A stretch of 64,000 nt of DNA from an uncultured Gemmataceae bacterium. Lineage in GTDB: Bacteria > Planctomycetota > Planctomycetia > Gemmatales > Gemmataceae. The number at the start of each line of letters is the position of its first letter. Position 1 is the first letter of the stretch. Positions 19,505 through 30,900 of the stretch are shown piece by piece. Under the pieces are notes generated by a model. The model was not told where the DNA came from, made no database searches, and saw only the letters and a program-made list of their open reading frames with translations. The DNA lies in NCBI GenBank assembly GCA_963750165.1, contig CAVVPN010000011.1:736001-800000 (forward strand). The letters are read 5' to 3'. A program made the position numbers and the translations under genes.

Positions 19505-22500
19505 ATGACGTTCTTCCCGCGCAAGCCGTTGTTGGCCCTGCTGGTCGCCGCCCTCGTCACGGCGGGCAGTCTGTTCCTCGTCCCCGGACCCGGCGGCGCC
19601 GGCGGCGGTAAGAAGAAGAAGGGCGGGCCGCCGCCGTCCGTCCAGGATCTGCTGGCCACCGTCAAGGCTCCCGTCGGCTTCAAGGTGACCATTTTCGCTC
19701 GACCGCCGCAGGTGAATTATCCGACCTGCCTGGTCGCGGCCCCGACCGGCGAGGTGTTCATCGGCATCGACGCGAACAGCTCGCTCGACGCCAAACCGGG
19801 CCGCGGTCGCATCCTGCGCTGCCTCGACCGGGATGGCGATGGGATCGCGGATGACATCACCGTCTTCACCGAACTGGACAGCCCGCGCGGCCTGTTCTGG
19901 GACCGCGGCACCCTGTACGTCCTGCACCCGCCGTACCTGAGCGCCTTCTACGACGACGACGGCGACGGCAAGGCGGATCGCTCGGAGGTGCTGGTCAAGG
20001 GCATCGGCCGCGACCTCAAGTTCCGCGGCGCCGACCACACGACCAACGGCATCCAGCTCGGCATCGACGGCTACTTCTACATCGCGGTGGGCGACTACGG
20101 GTTCGCCAGGGCGGTGGGCAAGGACGGCACGACGCGGCAGCTGTTCGGCGGCGGCGTGGCCCGTGTGCGGCCGGACGGCACCGGTTTGGAAGTGGTCGCC
20201 CGCGGCCAGCGCAACATTTACGACGTGGCCATCGACCCGGAGCTGAACCTGTTCACGCGCGACAACACCAACGATGGCGGCGGCTGGGACGTGCGGCTCA
20301 GTCATGTCGTCCACGGGGCGCACTTCGGCTATCCGTCGCTGTTCGTGAACTTCCCGGAGGACCACATCAAGCCGCTGGCGGACTATGGCGGCGGCGCCCC
20401 GACCGGTTCGCTGTTCATCGACGAGGCCGCGCTGCCGGCGCCGTTCGGCCACGCCCTGTACACCATCGACTGGGGCCGCAGTGCTGTCTACCGCCATCCG
20501 CTGACGCCACACGGCGCCACCTTCAAGGCGGAGCAAAAGACGTTCGTGCAGATTCCGCGGCCGACCGACATGAATGTGGACCCGTCGGGCCGCATCTATA
20601 TCGCCAGCTGGCGCAACGGCCAGTACACTTATGCCGGCCCCAACATCGGCTTCGTCGCCCGCCTGACGCCCAGGGATTACCAGCCGACGCCCTTCCCCGA
20701 TCTGAAAAAGCTCACGCCCGCCGGGCTGGTCAAGCTGATCGGCACGGACAGCCATGTGACGCGGCTGCACGCCCAGCGCGAACTGCTGCGCCGCGGCTAC
20801 ACGGACGAGACGGCCAAGGCGCTGGAGGCCCTGGCCGGCGCCGGCAAGAGCCGGGCCGTCCGTGTCGCTGCCCTGTTCACGTTGCGGCAATACGGCAAGG
20901 AGAAGGCGCAACCGGCGCTGCTCCGCCTGGCGAAGGACGAGACGCTGCGGCCCTTTGCCCTGCGCGCCCTGGCGGACGACCCCGCGCAGGCGGCGCAGGT
21001 GCCGACGGACCTGTTCGTCAGCGCCATGGCGGACGCCAGCCCGCGGACGCGGCTGGAGGCAATTAACGCCCTGGGCCGGCTGGGCCGCAAGGAGGCGATT
21101 GGCAAACTGCTGCCGCTGGCAGGCGACGCGGACCCAGTGCTCGCCCACGTCGCCGTCAAGAACCTCGTGGACCTGCGCGCAGCGCAGCCGCCCTGGAGGC
21201 GATGCAGCCCGGCGCTCCCGTGCGCCTGCTGCTGGGGTGCAGTCAAATCCTCCAGGCACTGCACGAGCCCGCGGTCGTGGACGGCCTGGTCGCCCGGCTT
21301 GAACAAACCACCGAGCCGGAAGTGCGGAAATATCTGTTGCGGTCGCTGTGCCGGCTCTACCAGCAGGAGTCCGCGTGGGACGGCAAATCGTGGTGGGGCA
21401 CCCGGCCCGACACGCGCGGCCCCTACTTCCGCCCCGTGACCTGGGAGCGCAGTCCGAAAATCGCCCAGGCGCTGACCAAAGCGCTGACCGGCTCGGAGGC
21501 CGCCGTGCAGGCCAGCCTGATCGCCGACCTGCGCCGCAACCGGATCGACCTGGCCGACGGGGTGCCGGTCGTCCTCAAGCTGGCCGCCACCGACGCGAGC
21601 TTCCGCCCCGTGGCGGTCGCTTTCCTGCTGGCGCAGCCCAAACTTCCCGCCGACGCTCTCAAGTGGCTGGAGGCGGTGGCTGTCGGGCCAAAGGAAAGTC
21701 CAGCCGTGCGCGTCCGGGTGCTGGCCGGGCTGCAGAAGCTGGCCGTCAAGAACGCTGGCCTGCTGTCCGCGGTCGCCGCCGGCTACGCCGCCATCGCCGA
21801 CGACAGCCCCGCCGAGCTGTTGCAGGCCCGCGAGCGCTTCCAGCGCGACCCCGCCAACGGCAAGCTGGCCGCCTTCTGGGTCAAGGAGACGCAGTCGAAG
21901 GAAGCGGCCCGGCGCGAGCTGGCCTACGCGGTGCTGCTGTCGCTAACGATGAACCTGCAGGCGCCGCCCGGCGAACGAGACCAGGCCAACCGCGCCGTTG
22001 ACGCCGCCTGGAAATCGCCGGCGCAAACGGCCAGCGTGCTCCGCGCCATCGGCCGGACCTACGCGGACCACTACGCCCTGCAGGTGCGCGAGAAGTTGAA
22101 GGACGGCCGCCCCGAGGTGAAGGCCGCCGCCCAGTACGCCGCGAAGTTGATCGAGCTGGACCGGCCCCGGGCTACCGGCCCCACCATCGAAAAGATGCCC
22201 TTCGCCGAGGTCGTGAAGGCGGTGGCGAAGACCCAGGGCGACGCCAGGCTGGGGGCGCGGCTGTTCTTCAAGCAGAACTGCATCACCTGCCACACCGTCT
22301 CGGCGAAGGAGACACCGCGCGGGCCGTTTTTGGGCGACATCACCCTGCGCTACAAACGGGACGAGGTGCTGGAGTCGATCCTGAAGCCGAGCGCCAAGAT
22401 CGCGCAGGGCTTCGAGACGCAGTGGTTCAACCTTGACGACGGCCGCATCCTGGAGGGCTTCGTGACGCGCGAGTCCGGCACCGAGGTGGAGATCCGCAAC

Positions 22501-22656
22501 ACCGCCGGCACCGTCACGGTGATCCCCAAGGCCGACATCGACAAGCGCGGCCGTCGCGACACCTCGATGATGCCGGAGGGGCTGGTCAACAACCTGACCA
22601 TGCGCGAACTGGCGTCGCTGGTGGCGTACCTGGACACACTGCGCTCGAAGAAGTAG
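19505..22656 (+). CDS. PVC-type membrane-bound dehydrogenase with HEAT repeats and C-terminal heme c, frameshift near 21185
   Basis: Beta-propeller (DRDGDG, GQRN, DNTND), HEAT-like repeats, CITCH heme motif, ESILKPS and SMMPEGL. Confidence 0.88.
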
Positions 22657-22683
22657 CGTGGAGTCCAGGCAGGAGGTGCCGCC

Positions 22684-23074
22684 ATGCCGTCGCCGTTCCC
22701 TGGGATGGATCCGTACCTGGAACCGCCGCACCTGTGGCCGGACGTGCATCATGCGTTGATTAGCGCAGTTTGCGTTTGGGTGTAGCGGAAGTCGCCAGAC
22801 TTCCGAAGCCGCTCCGGAAGTCTGGCGACTTCCGCTACACCCAAACGCAAACCGCTCCAGCCAACTCCAACTGGCCTTGAACCAGGTCCTGCGGCCGCGC
22901 TACGTGGCCCGGGTGGAGATGCGCGTCTACGTCTCCGACGAGGTGGAGGAAGCGCGTCTCGAAATCAGGGAACCGGAATCGGGCACCCTGGTCACGGTCA
23001 TTGAAGTGCTCAGCCCGAGCAACAAGCTTCGCGGCTCCGAGGACCGCAACTTGCGCCGAGGCGCGGCTCCCTAA
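22684..23074 (+). pseudogene. DUF4058-family pseudogene interrupted by MITE
   Basis: MPSPFPGMDPYLE start and VTVIEVLSPSNK motif; MITE adds a stop; internally deleted and truncated relative to the adjacent paralog. Confidence 0.85.
22763..22857. repeat. MITE-like element with GTAG-REP doublet, copy 2
   Basis: REP doublet 22782-22838 inside GCAGTTTGCGTTTGGGT...ACCCAAACGCAAACCGC; flanked by TA and CA. Confidence 0.88.
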
Positions 23075-23910
23075 CGTGACTTCGGCTTGCCCTTGCGCCG
23101 CGGCGGCTTGCGCCGGGGACGCAATCCCTTTTCGTGCAGCCATTCCTCCGCCCACTCCTCGTCCGCGCCGAACAGCGGTGGATCGGGGTCGATGGCGTAG
23201 TTCAGCGTCCCCTCGTAGGCACCGTTACGATAGCACTGCTCGACCAGGGCCTGCACGTCCAGCGGCACGTCGGCGTCGGTCGGCCGCAGGGGCACCTTCA
23301 CGACCGGCAACCTCTCCCACAGCGGCATCGGATAGACCTCGGCCTTGTCGCGCCGCGTGGCCCGGCGGACACAAACCATGTAAGCGGTGCGGCCCTGCGG
23401 CTTGAGGTGATCCAGCGGGAACGCCAGCGTGTGGCCGCCGAAGCGGTTCAGATCGATTTCGACCAGGTTGGTGTCCGAGGAACAGATTTCGCGCTGTTTG
23501 CGCAGATACTGCTCGCGGTTCGGGTCGGGGGACTTGTTGCTCGGGCTGAGGAATTCAATCACGGTAACGACGCGGTTGCCGCTCTCTCGGTCGATGATTT
23601 CGAGAAAGGGTTCGGTGGCCGGCGCGGGTTCGGTTTCGATCAGGAGCGGCTCCGCCACGGCCACGCTCGCCTGCGGTCGCGCTGCCAGGCCGCGCCGTGG
23701 CGGGTATTCGACCACACGCACGTCGGGGAATAACGGGTGATCGGCGATGCCCTGGGGAGTTTCCAGTAAGACGCGCTCCTCGACACGAGCGCGTAACGCT
23801 CCTGGGAGGGCGCCCTGGAGCGCGTTGCGCGTATAGATGATGAGACTGGCGTGAACGTCGCGCCAGTGGGCATCGAGGTATGGGTCCATTCCGGGAAAGG
23901 GGCTCGGCAT
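23071..23910 (-). CDS. DUF4058 family protein
   Basis: MPSPFPGMDPYL, PDV, IEFLSPSNK and LVEIDL motifs; AGGAGG RBS. Confidence 0.9.
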   Translation of the reverse strand: MPSPFPGMDPYLDAHWRDVHASLIIYTRNALQGALPGALRARVEERVLLETPQGIADHPLFPDVRVVEYPPRRGLAARPQASVAVAEPLLIETEPAPATEPFLEIIDRESGNRVVTVIEFLSPSNKSPDPNREQYLRKQREICSSDTNLVEIDLNRFGGHTLAFPLDHLKPQGRTAYMVCVRRATRRDKAEVYPMPLWERLPVVKVPLRPTDADVPLDVQALVEQCYRNGAYEGTLNYAIDPDPPLFGADEEWAEEWLHEKGLRPRRKPPRRKGKPKSR

Positions 23911-24106
23911 GAAAACCTCCTTGACTCACTACTCCGCGTAGCATATCGCAACTTCTCCAAACGCGGAAGTCAGTTCGGTTCCACGGCTGGGTCTCGGCTA
24001 CTTGCAGGTCGGCTACTTGCAGGCTCGCCGTGGGGGCTGCTAAACTCAAATCATGTATGACGCAGCGCTTACCCGTTCGGAATCCTGTCATCGTGTGGGG
24101 AGAACC

Positions 24107-26371
24107 GTGAACGAACCATTGGAAGTCGCCTGCCCCAGCTGCGGCCGCCCCCTGCGGGTCCGGCCCGATTTTGTCGGCAGGCGCCTTTCTTGCAAATCGT
24201 GCAACCATGTCTTCCGTCTGATCCTGGCTGCCGGGCCCGTTCAGCCACAGGCGCAGCCCGCGCCGGCCGCGGCCGCAGAAGGCGCGGCGCTCCGGGCGGA
24301 GCAGGAGCGGTTGCGTGCCGAGCTGGCGGCCATCTCCGACGCCGCCGACCAGGCGGTGCGCGCCGCGCGCGCGACCGAAGCCCAGCTGCAGGAGCAGGTG
24401 CGTCTCTTGACGGCCGAGCGCGACCGGTTGGCCGGCGAGCGGCAAGAGGCCGGGCGCCAGGCGGACGAAGCGCGGGCGCGGCTGGGCGAACTGGAGCGAA
24501 CCGCGGCGGAGCGCGACGGCTTCCGCACCGAGCTGGAAGCACTGCGGCAACAGTTCGCCCAGGAAAAGAACGACCTCGAAGTGGCGGCGGCGCAGGCCCG
24601 CATCAAGGCGGCCGCCGCCCAACTCGAGGCCGAGGTCGCACTGCGCGAACGGGGGGAATTCCGGAAACAACTGGAACAACTCGCCGAGGCGGGCGGGGAG
24701 TCGGAGGCCGAACGCCTGGCGATGGAGGAGCGCCAGCGCCAGGAACTGGCCGACCTGACGGAGGAACTGGAGCGGCAGCGCGCGGCGGCAGCGCAGGCCG
24801 GCCAGGAGCGCGATCAACTGGCGGAGCAGGTCGCGTCCCGGACGGCGGCTCACGCCGAGTCGGCAGCGGAAGCCCAGCGCGAACTGAGCGACCTTCGGGG
24901 AGAAATCGACCGGCTCACCGCCGCCGGGCGCGAGGCTGAGGGCGAACGCCAGGCCGCGGCGGAGCGCCAGCGCCAGGAACTGGCGGACCTGACGGGACAA
25001 CTGGAGACGGCGGCGCAGGCCGCTCAGGAGCGCGACCAGCTGGCGAAGCAAGTCGCGTCCCTGACGGCGGCCCACGCCGAGTCGGAAGCGGAGGCCCGGC
25101 GCCAACTGGAAGAACTTCGGGAACAACACGACCGGCTCACCGAGGCTGGCCGGGGGGTGGAAAGCGAACACCTGGCGGCGGCGGAGCGCTATCGCCAGGA
25201 GCTAGCCGACCTGACGGAGGAATTGGAGCGGCAGCACGCAACAGTGGCGCAGGCCAGCCAGGAGCGCGACCAACTGGCGGAGCAGATCGCGTCCCTGACG
25301 GCGGCCCGCGCCGAATCGGAAGCGGTGGCCCAGCCCGAACTGAGCGAGCTCCGGCGGGAAATCGACCGGCTCACCGTCGCCGGGCGCGAGGCGGAGGCCG
25401 AGCGGCAAGCGGCGGCGGAGCGCCAGCGCCAGGAATTGGCCGACCTGACGGGACAACTGGAGCAGCAGCTGGCGGCGGCGGCGCAGGCCGCTCAGGAGCG
25501 CGACACACTGGCGGAGCAGGTCGCGTCCTTGACGGTGGCCCACGCCGAGTCGGAAACGGATGCCCGGCGCCAACTGGAAGAGCTTCGGGAACAACACAAC
25601 CGGCTCGCGGCGGCGGGGGGGGAGTTGGAGGCCGAACGTCAGGCGGTGGTGGAGCGCCAGCGCCAGGAACTGGCCGACCTGACGGAGGAACTGGAGCGGC
25701 AGCGCGCGACGGCAGCACAGGCCGCCCACGAACTCGACCAGCTGGCGGAGCAGGTCGCTTCCCAGGCGGCGGCGCGGGCCGCGCTGGAGGCGGAAGCGGA
25801 GGAGTTGCGCGGTCTGGTGACCGCGACCGACACGGCGGTCGCCGACGCGGAGGGCCGACACGGCCAGGAAGCAGCAGCCCTGCGGCAAGCCCTGGCGGAC
25901 GCGCGGGCCGAGGCGGGACGGTTGGCCGGCCGGGTCGCGGAGCTGGAGGCCGCGCGGGCCACTGCGGTGGCGCAGGCCCGCGCAACCTCGGCCGCCTCCC
26001 CGGATCTGGCCGAGCGCCTCGCCGCCGCGGAGGCGCGGGCCCACGAAAGCGATGCCCTGCGAGCGGAACGGGACGCCCTCAACAAGCGTCTGCAGGCGCT
26101 GCACGCCGAGTGCGAACAGCTGCGCGGCGGCGAAATGCTGCGCCGCCAGGCCCTGGACGCGGTGTACTCGGGGGGTGCAATCCCGTTGAAGCGTCCGCCC
26201 GCGGGCCAGCCGCCGACTGGGCCTGCTACCCGGCCCGCCGCACTTCCCGACGCGGCCGTGCAAGAGGTCGTCCGCCAGGCCGCGATCCTGCGCGACGAGG
26301 CGGCGCGACTCCGCGTGGAGAACAACCAGCTGCGGCAGATGCTCGCCAATTTCGGCATCCGGCTGAGTTAG
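24107..26371 (+). CDS. Zinc-ribbon plus long repetitive coiled-coil protein
   Basis: CPSC...CKSC N-terminus; five ~75-80 aa ERQRQELADLT repeats. Confidence 0.85.
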   Translation: MNEPLEVACPSCGRPLRVRPDFVGRRLSCKSCNHVFRLILAAGPVQPQAQPAPAAAAEGAALRAEQERLRAELAAISDAADQAVRAARATEAQLQEQVRLLTAERDRLAGERQEAGRQADEARARLGELERTAAERDGFRTELEALRQQFAQEKNDLEVAAAQARIKAAAAQLEAEVALRERGEFRKQLEQLAEAGGESEAERLAMEERQRQELADLTEELERQRAAAAQAGQERDQLAEQVASRTAAHAESAAEAQRELSDLRGEIDRLTAAGREAEGERQAAAERQRQELADLTGQLETAAQAAQERDQLAKQVASLTAAHAESEAEARRQLEELREQHDRLTEAGRGVESEHLAAAERYRQELADLTEELERQHATVAQASQERDQLAEQIASLTAARAESEAVAQPELSELRREIDRLTVAGREAEAERQAAAERQRQELADLTGQLEQQLAAAAQAAQERDTLAEQVASLTVAHAESETDARRQLEELREQHNRLAAAGGELEAERQAVVERQRQELADLTEELERQRATAAQAAHELDQLAEQVASQAAARAALEAEAEELRGLVTATDTAVADAEGRHGQEAAALRQALADARAEAGRLAGRVAELEAARATAVAQARATSAASPDLAERLAAAEARAHESDALRAERDALNKRLQALHAECEQLRGGEMLRRQALDAVYSGGAIPLKRPPAGQPPTGPATRPAALPDAAVQEVVRQAAILRDEAARLRVENNQLRQMLANFGIRLS

Positions 26372-26441
26372 CGCAGAAGATTCACCACAGAGAACGCGGA
26401 GCGCGCGTTCTCTGTGGTGAATCTTCTGCGCTAACTCAGCC
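26361..26441. repeat. 38-bp perfect inverted repeat spanning two convergent stop codons
   Basis: GGCTGAGTTAGCGCAGAAGATTCACCACAGAGAACGCG-GAGCG-reverse complement. Confidence 0.9.
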
Positions 26442-27413
26442 CGCCCGTCCCAGCCACGGCAGCTGATTCAGATTGACGTTGCCGCCGCTGAGCACGACAC
26501 CGACGCGCTCCAGACCGGCCAGGCCGCGGAACGCCGCCGCCAGCACCGCCGCGACCGCCACCGCGGCACTCGCCTCGATCAGCAGCTTCGCCCGCTCCCA
26601 CGTCAGCCGCATCGCCTGAATAATCTCGTCCTCGCCGACCGTGACGACGCGCTCCACGTGCCGCCGCAGGATCGGCCAGGTCAGTTCGCCGAGGCTGGTG
26701 AGCAGGCCGTCCGCGATGGTGTGTGGGCCCGTCTGCGGGAGCAGCGTGCCGGCCGCGAACGAGCGGGCTGCGTCGTCCGCCCCAAGCGGCTCCGCGGCGA
26801 AAATGCGGATCGTCGGCTGCAGCGCCTTCGCCGCGACGCACAGGCCGGCCACCAGGCCGCCGCCGCCGACCGGCGCCACCAGCGCGTCCAGGTCCGGCAC
26901 GTCCTCCAGCAGTTCCAGCGCCGCGGTGCCCTGGCCGGCGATGATGTCGGGGTGGTTGTACGGGTGAATGAGCGTCGCGCCAGTCTCCGCCTGCACCGCC
27001 GCAGCGGTTGCCTCGCGCGCCTGCAGGTTCGGCTCGCACAGGATCACGCGGGCACCGTAGTCCTCGACCGCCCGGCGCTTGACCGCCGGGGCGTTGCTCG
27101 GCATGACGATGTGCGCCGGCACGCCGCGCAGCCGCGCCGCCAGCGCCAGCGCCTGGGCGTGGTTGCCGGAGCTGTGCGTTACGACGCCGCGCTGCGCCGC
27201 CTCGGCTGGCAACTTCAGCACGGCGTTGCTGGCGCCGCGGAACTTGAAGGCGCCGACTTTTTGCAGGTGCTCGCACTTGAAGAACAACCGCCGGCCCGCG
27301 AGTCGGTCCAGCGTGGCGCAGGTCGCCACCGGGGTGCGGTGGATCTGCCCGGCGATGCGCGCCGCCGCGGCGCGCACGTCCTCGATGGTCGCCGCCAGGG
27401 GAGTGGTGTCCAT
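26436..27413 (-). CDS. PLP-dependent threonine/serine dehydratase or serine racemase family
   Basis: KCEHLQKVGAFKFRGA, SSGNHAQ, PVGGGGL and SGGN motifs. Confidence 0.92.
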   Translation of the reverse strand: MDTTPLAATIEDVRAAAARIAGQIHRTPVATCATLDRLAGRRLFFKCEHLQKVGAFKFRGASNAVLKLPAEAAQRGVVTHSSGNHAQALALAARLRGVPAHIVMPSNAPAVKRRAVEDYGARVILCEPNLQAREATAAAVQAETGATLIHPYNHPDIIAGQGTAALELLEDVPDLDALVAPVGGGGLVAGLCVAAKALQPTIRIFAAEPLGADDAARSFAAGTLLPQTGPHTIADGLLTSLGELTWPILRRHVERVVTVGEDEIIQAMRLTWERAKLLIEASAAVAVAAVLAAAFRGLAGLERVGVVLSGGNVNLNQLPWLGRAG

Positions 27414-27457
27414 ACGGACTCCAGCATGTTTGAAGAAGCGTCGCCATCCCGCCGGCA

Positions 27458-27784
27458 TCACGCGCGTGAGCAACGCGCTTTCTGCCACAACAGCACCATC
27501 AGGCCAAAAAGTAAACCGAATGCGGGCATCGCGTAGGGGACGCTGGCGTAGTCTCCTACCACTGCCGCGTGTCCTCCCACGGATTGCGTGGAATACACGT
27601 AGACGCGCTCTGCACGATCCCAGCCCGACGGGTTGCCGACGAGCAAGAAGAATACCATGCAAACGGTCCCCAGGATCGTCCCGATCCAGAGCGGTCGATA
27701 GTTCGTCCAGATCGCAACGAACGCCGGACCCGGTTTCGGAGGCGGTCGGTCAGGGACAATCGGTTTTGAGGTTTCTGGACTCAT
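27458..27784 (-). CDS. Small two-TM membrane protein
   Basis: GGAG RBS and two hydrophobic segments. Confidence 0.5.
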   Translation of the reverse strand: MSPETSKPIVPDRPPPKPGPAFVAIWTNYRPLWIGTILGTVCMVFFLLVGNPSGWDRAERVYVYSTQSVGGHAAVVGDYASVPYAMPAFGLLFGLMVLLWQKARCSRA

Positions 27785-27815
27785 CGTAATCGTTCTCCGA
27801 TTCCGTTGTGGCCCC

Positions 27816-27939
27816 GTTGTGGCACGGTCTCCCGACCGTGCCACGCACCCCGACCGATGGTCTCCTCTTTTCAGCGCCTGGAACGCGGGGGAGACCTTCG
27901 GTCGGGCCGGGTGGCCTGGTCCGGAGACCAGGCCACAAC
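27816..27939. repeat. GTGGC-type REP composite hairpin
   Basis: GTTGTGGCACGGTCTCCCGACCGTGCCAC ... GTGGCCTGGTCCGGAGACCAGGCCACAAC with an internal IR. Confidence 0.85.
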
Positions 27940-27993
27940 AGAGAGCGCTGCAACCCATCTTTCCGCCGCTGGCGGCTTCAGCGCGGAGCGCCG

Positions 27994-30900
27994 CTACTTC
28001 GCCTTCAACTCCTGCCGCAGCACCTCGACGGCCTTTTCCAGCTGGGCGTCACGGCCGCGGAAGAAGTCCTCCGGCGTGTTGTCCACGTACACGTCCGGCG
28101 GCACACCATAATTCTCCAGGTTGGTGCCGCTGACGTTCCACAGGCCGAAGCCCGGTGTGCGAATCACCGAGCCATCCATGAGCTTGTACGCGCCGGTGCC
28201 GATCACCGCTCCGTAGGTCGTGACGCCGACCACCTTGCCGAGCTTCAGCGTGCGGAAGCCGTCCGGGAACACCTCCGCGTCTGATGTCGAGCGCTCGTTC
28301 GCCAGCACCACCTTCGGCCCGAAGAAGCCGTGCAGCGGCCGCGTCACCGTTTCGCCCGAGCTGCGCGGCTTCGTATACTGGTACTGCTTTTGCTGCAAAA
28401 TCTGCAACAATTCCTGATCGATGTTGCCGCCCGGGTTGAAGCGCTGGTCGATCACCAGTGCTTTTTTCGTGTGCAGCATGGCCAGGTCGCGCTCGAACTT
28501 GCGCAGCTCCGGCTCGCTCATCTGGCGGATGTGCAGGTAACCGAAGTCGCCGTTCGACAGCTTCGCCACCAGCGCCCGCCGCTCCGCGACCCACTTTTCG
28601 TATTGCAGCGTTGCCATCTGGAAGCTGGTGACCGGCGTCACCTTCGCCTTCCAGGCGCCCGCCGGCTGCGGCTTGTCGTTCACCGTGAACTCCAGCCGGC
28701 TGCCCATCGGCCGCGTGTAGTGCTTCCAGTAATTGTCGCCGGCCTTCAACTCCTGATCGTCGATGGCCAGCACGTAATCGCCGACGCGAATCTTGACGTA
28801 ATCCCTGTCCGCCGGGCCATGGCGATAGACGTGCGTCACCTTGTAATAGCCGCTCTTGTCCGCCTCCAACTCGAAGCCGGGGAAGCGCGTCACGGCCTTC
28901 TCCTCGCTGGAGAACCGGCCGCCGCCGCTGATGCCGGTGTGCGAGGCGTTCAGCTCGCCGATCATCAGGCTTATTACGTTGTGCAGTTCCTCCTGATCGG
29001 CGACGTGCTCCAGCAGCGGCTCGTAGGTCTGCCGCATCTTCGCCCAGTTGATGCCGTGCATGCCGGCGTCGTAGAAGCGGTGCTTCATGATGCGCCAGCT
29101 CTCGTGGAAGACCTGCTTGCGCAGCTCGCGGTGATCGACTTCGACGCGCACCGTGAACGCCAGTTTGCGGCCGCCGGTCGCCGCCGGGCCCTTGCCGGCC
29201 AGCGCTTCCGCGGCGCCGCCCAGCGGCAGCGCGTACAGGTTGCTGCCCTGCTTGTAAAACAGCGTCTTGCCGTCGCGGCTGAACTGCAGCATCGTGAAGC
29301 CACCGCCGCCGAAACCGCGGGCCGGCGGCTGGTCGTCGGTCGGCGTCGACGCCGACTGGGCCAGGCGCGTCGCCGGCTTGTCGCCGTCCACCGCCAGCGA
29401 CCACAGGCTCTGCACGTTGCGGCCGCCCTCGACGCCGAAGGTCGCGAACACGACACTGCGACCGTTCGGCGACAGGGCCAGCGTCGTGATGGCGTCGCCG
29501 ACGCGCGTCAGCTGGCGTACCCGGCGGCCGATGTTGGTGAAGTCGATCTTCACCTCGACCTTGCCGACTGGGCCGGCCGGCTTGACCCCCGGCTGCTTCG
29601 TCGCCTGCTCCTCGCTGTCCACGCTTTTGTCGGCCGGGTCGCTCGTCTCGGGCAGCAGCGCCACGCTGTAAATCTGGGCGTTCGGCTGCACCCGTTTGGC
29701 GCTGCTGTTGATCAGGTCGGTGCCGCCGAGGAACACCAGGCGCTTGCCGTCGCCGGTCCAGAACGCCAGCGTGTCGCTGTACGTGTCCCGGTCGGTGACG
29801 CGCATGGGGTTGCCGCCCTCCGCGGGGATGACGTAGACGTGCGGCAGCAGCGTTTTGTCCGGCCGCGTGTAGGAGACCCACTTGCCGTCCGGCGACCACT
29901 GCGGGTTGCCGATGGCGTCGCCGCCCGCCAGCACCGCGCTGCTCGCCAGCACCGTCGTCTTGCCGCCGTCGAGATCGTAGCGGTACAGCTTGTTGTCCGA
30001 CGCCGTGTACAGCAGCGCCTTGCTGTCCGGCGCCCAGCGCAGCTGCGACTTGAGCGAATCGCCCTGCGAAATCTGCTTCATCTGCTTGCCGAACTCGTCG
30101 CACACCCAGATTTGCTCGTCGCCGGACTTGTCGCAGATGAACGCGATCCGCTTGCCGTCCGGCGACCACTGCGGTTGGCCCTCGCGCACCTGCGGCGTCG
30201 AGGTCAGGCGGCGGACGTCGCCCTTCTCGGTGGCGATGGTGAACAGTTCGCCCTTGACCGCGATCACCGCGCGCTTGCCCGATGGCGACACGTGGAAGCT
30301 GTCGGCCTCGCCGTTGACGGTCAGCGTTTCGAGGTTGTTTTCCTGGTCATCGGAGGTGATGTCGATCTTGATTTCGCTGGTCTGGCCGGTGGCGGTGTCC
30401 AGTTTCCACACGCCGAAGTTCTCCTCGTAGACGATGACCTTGCCGTCACTGGACAGCGCCGGGAAGAACAGCGCCCCGCTGGTGTGCTTCGTCACCTGCA
30501 CCGGGTTGCCGCCGGAGCGGTTGATTTTCCAGAGGTTGCTGGTCGATTTCAGCACCACGGGGCTGCCGGCCTTCCCCTGCACGGCGCGGTCGGAGACGAA
30601 GTAGATGTCGCCGCCGGGCGCGAACATCGGCCAGAGGTTGTTCGGCTTTTCGTTGTCCGGCAGCTGGTCGTCGAGAAGGCGCTTGAAGCTGCGGTTGCTG
30701 GTGTCGAGCAGCCAGAGGTCCGCGGCGTAGCTACCGCGGTAGTGGCGGCGCGACCACACCGCCGGGTGGCGGGTGAACGCCAACAACTTGCCGTCCGGCG
30801 AATAACTGCCCCAGGAACCCCAATCCGTCAGCACCGGCTGCTCCAGGCCGCCGCCGACCGGCACCTCGTACAGGTTCGGGATGCCCGGGTACATCAGGCC

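Noticed and set aside
19268..21259. 731-aa minus-strand ORF
   Set aside because: Shadow of the dehydrogenase; only the last 67 codons (zinc ribbon) look real.
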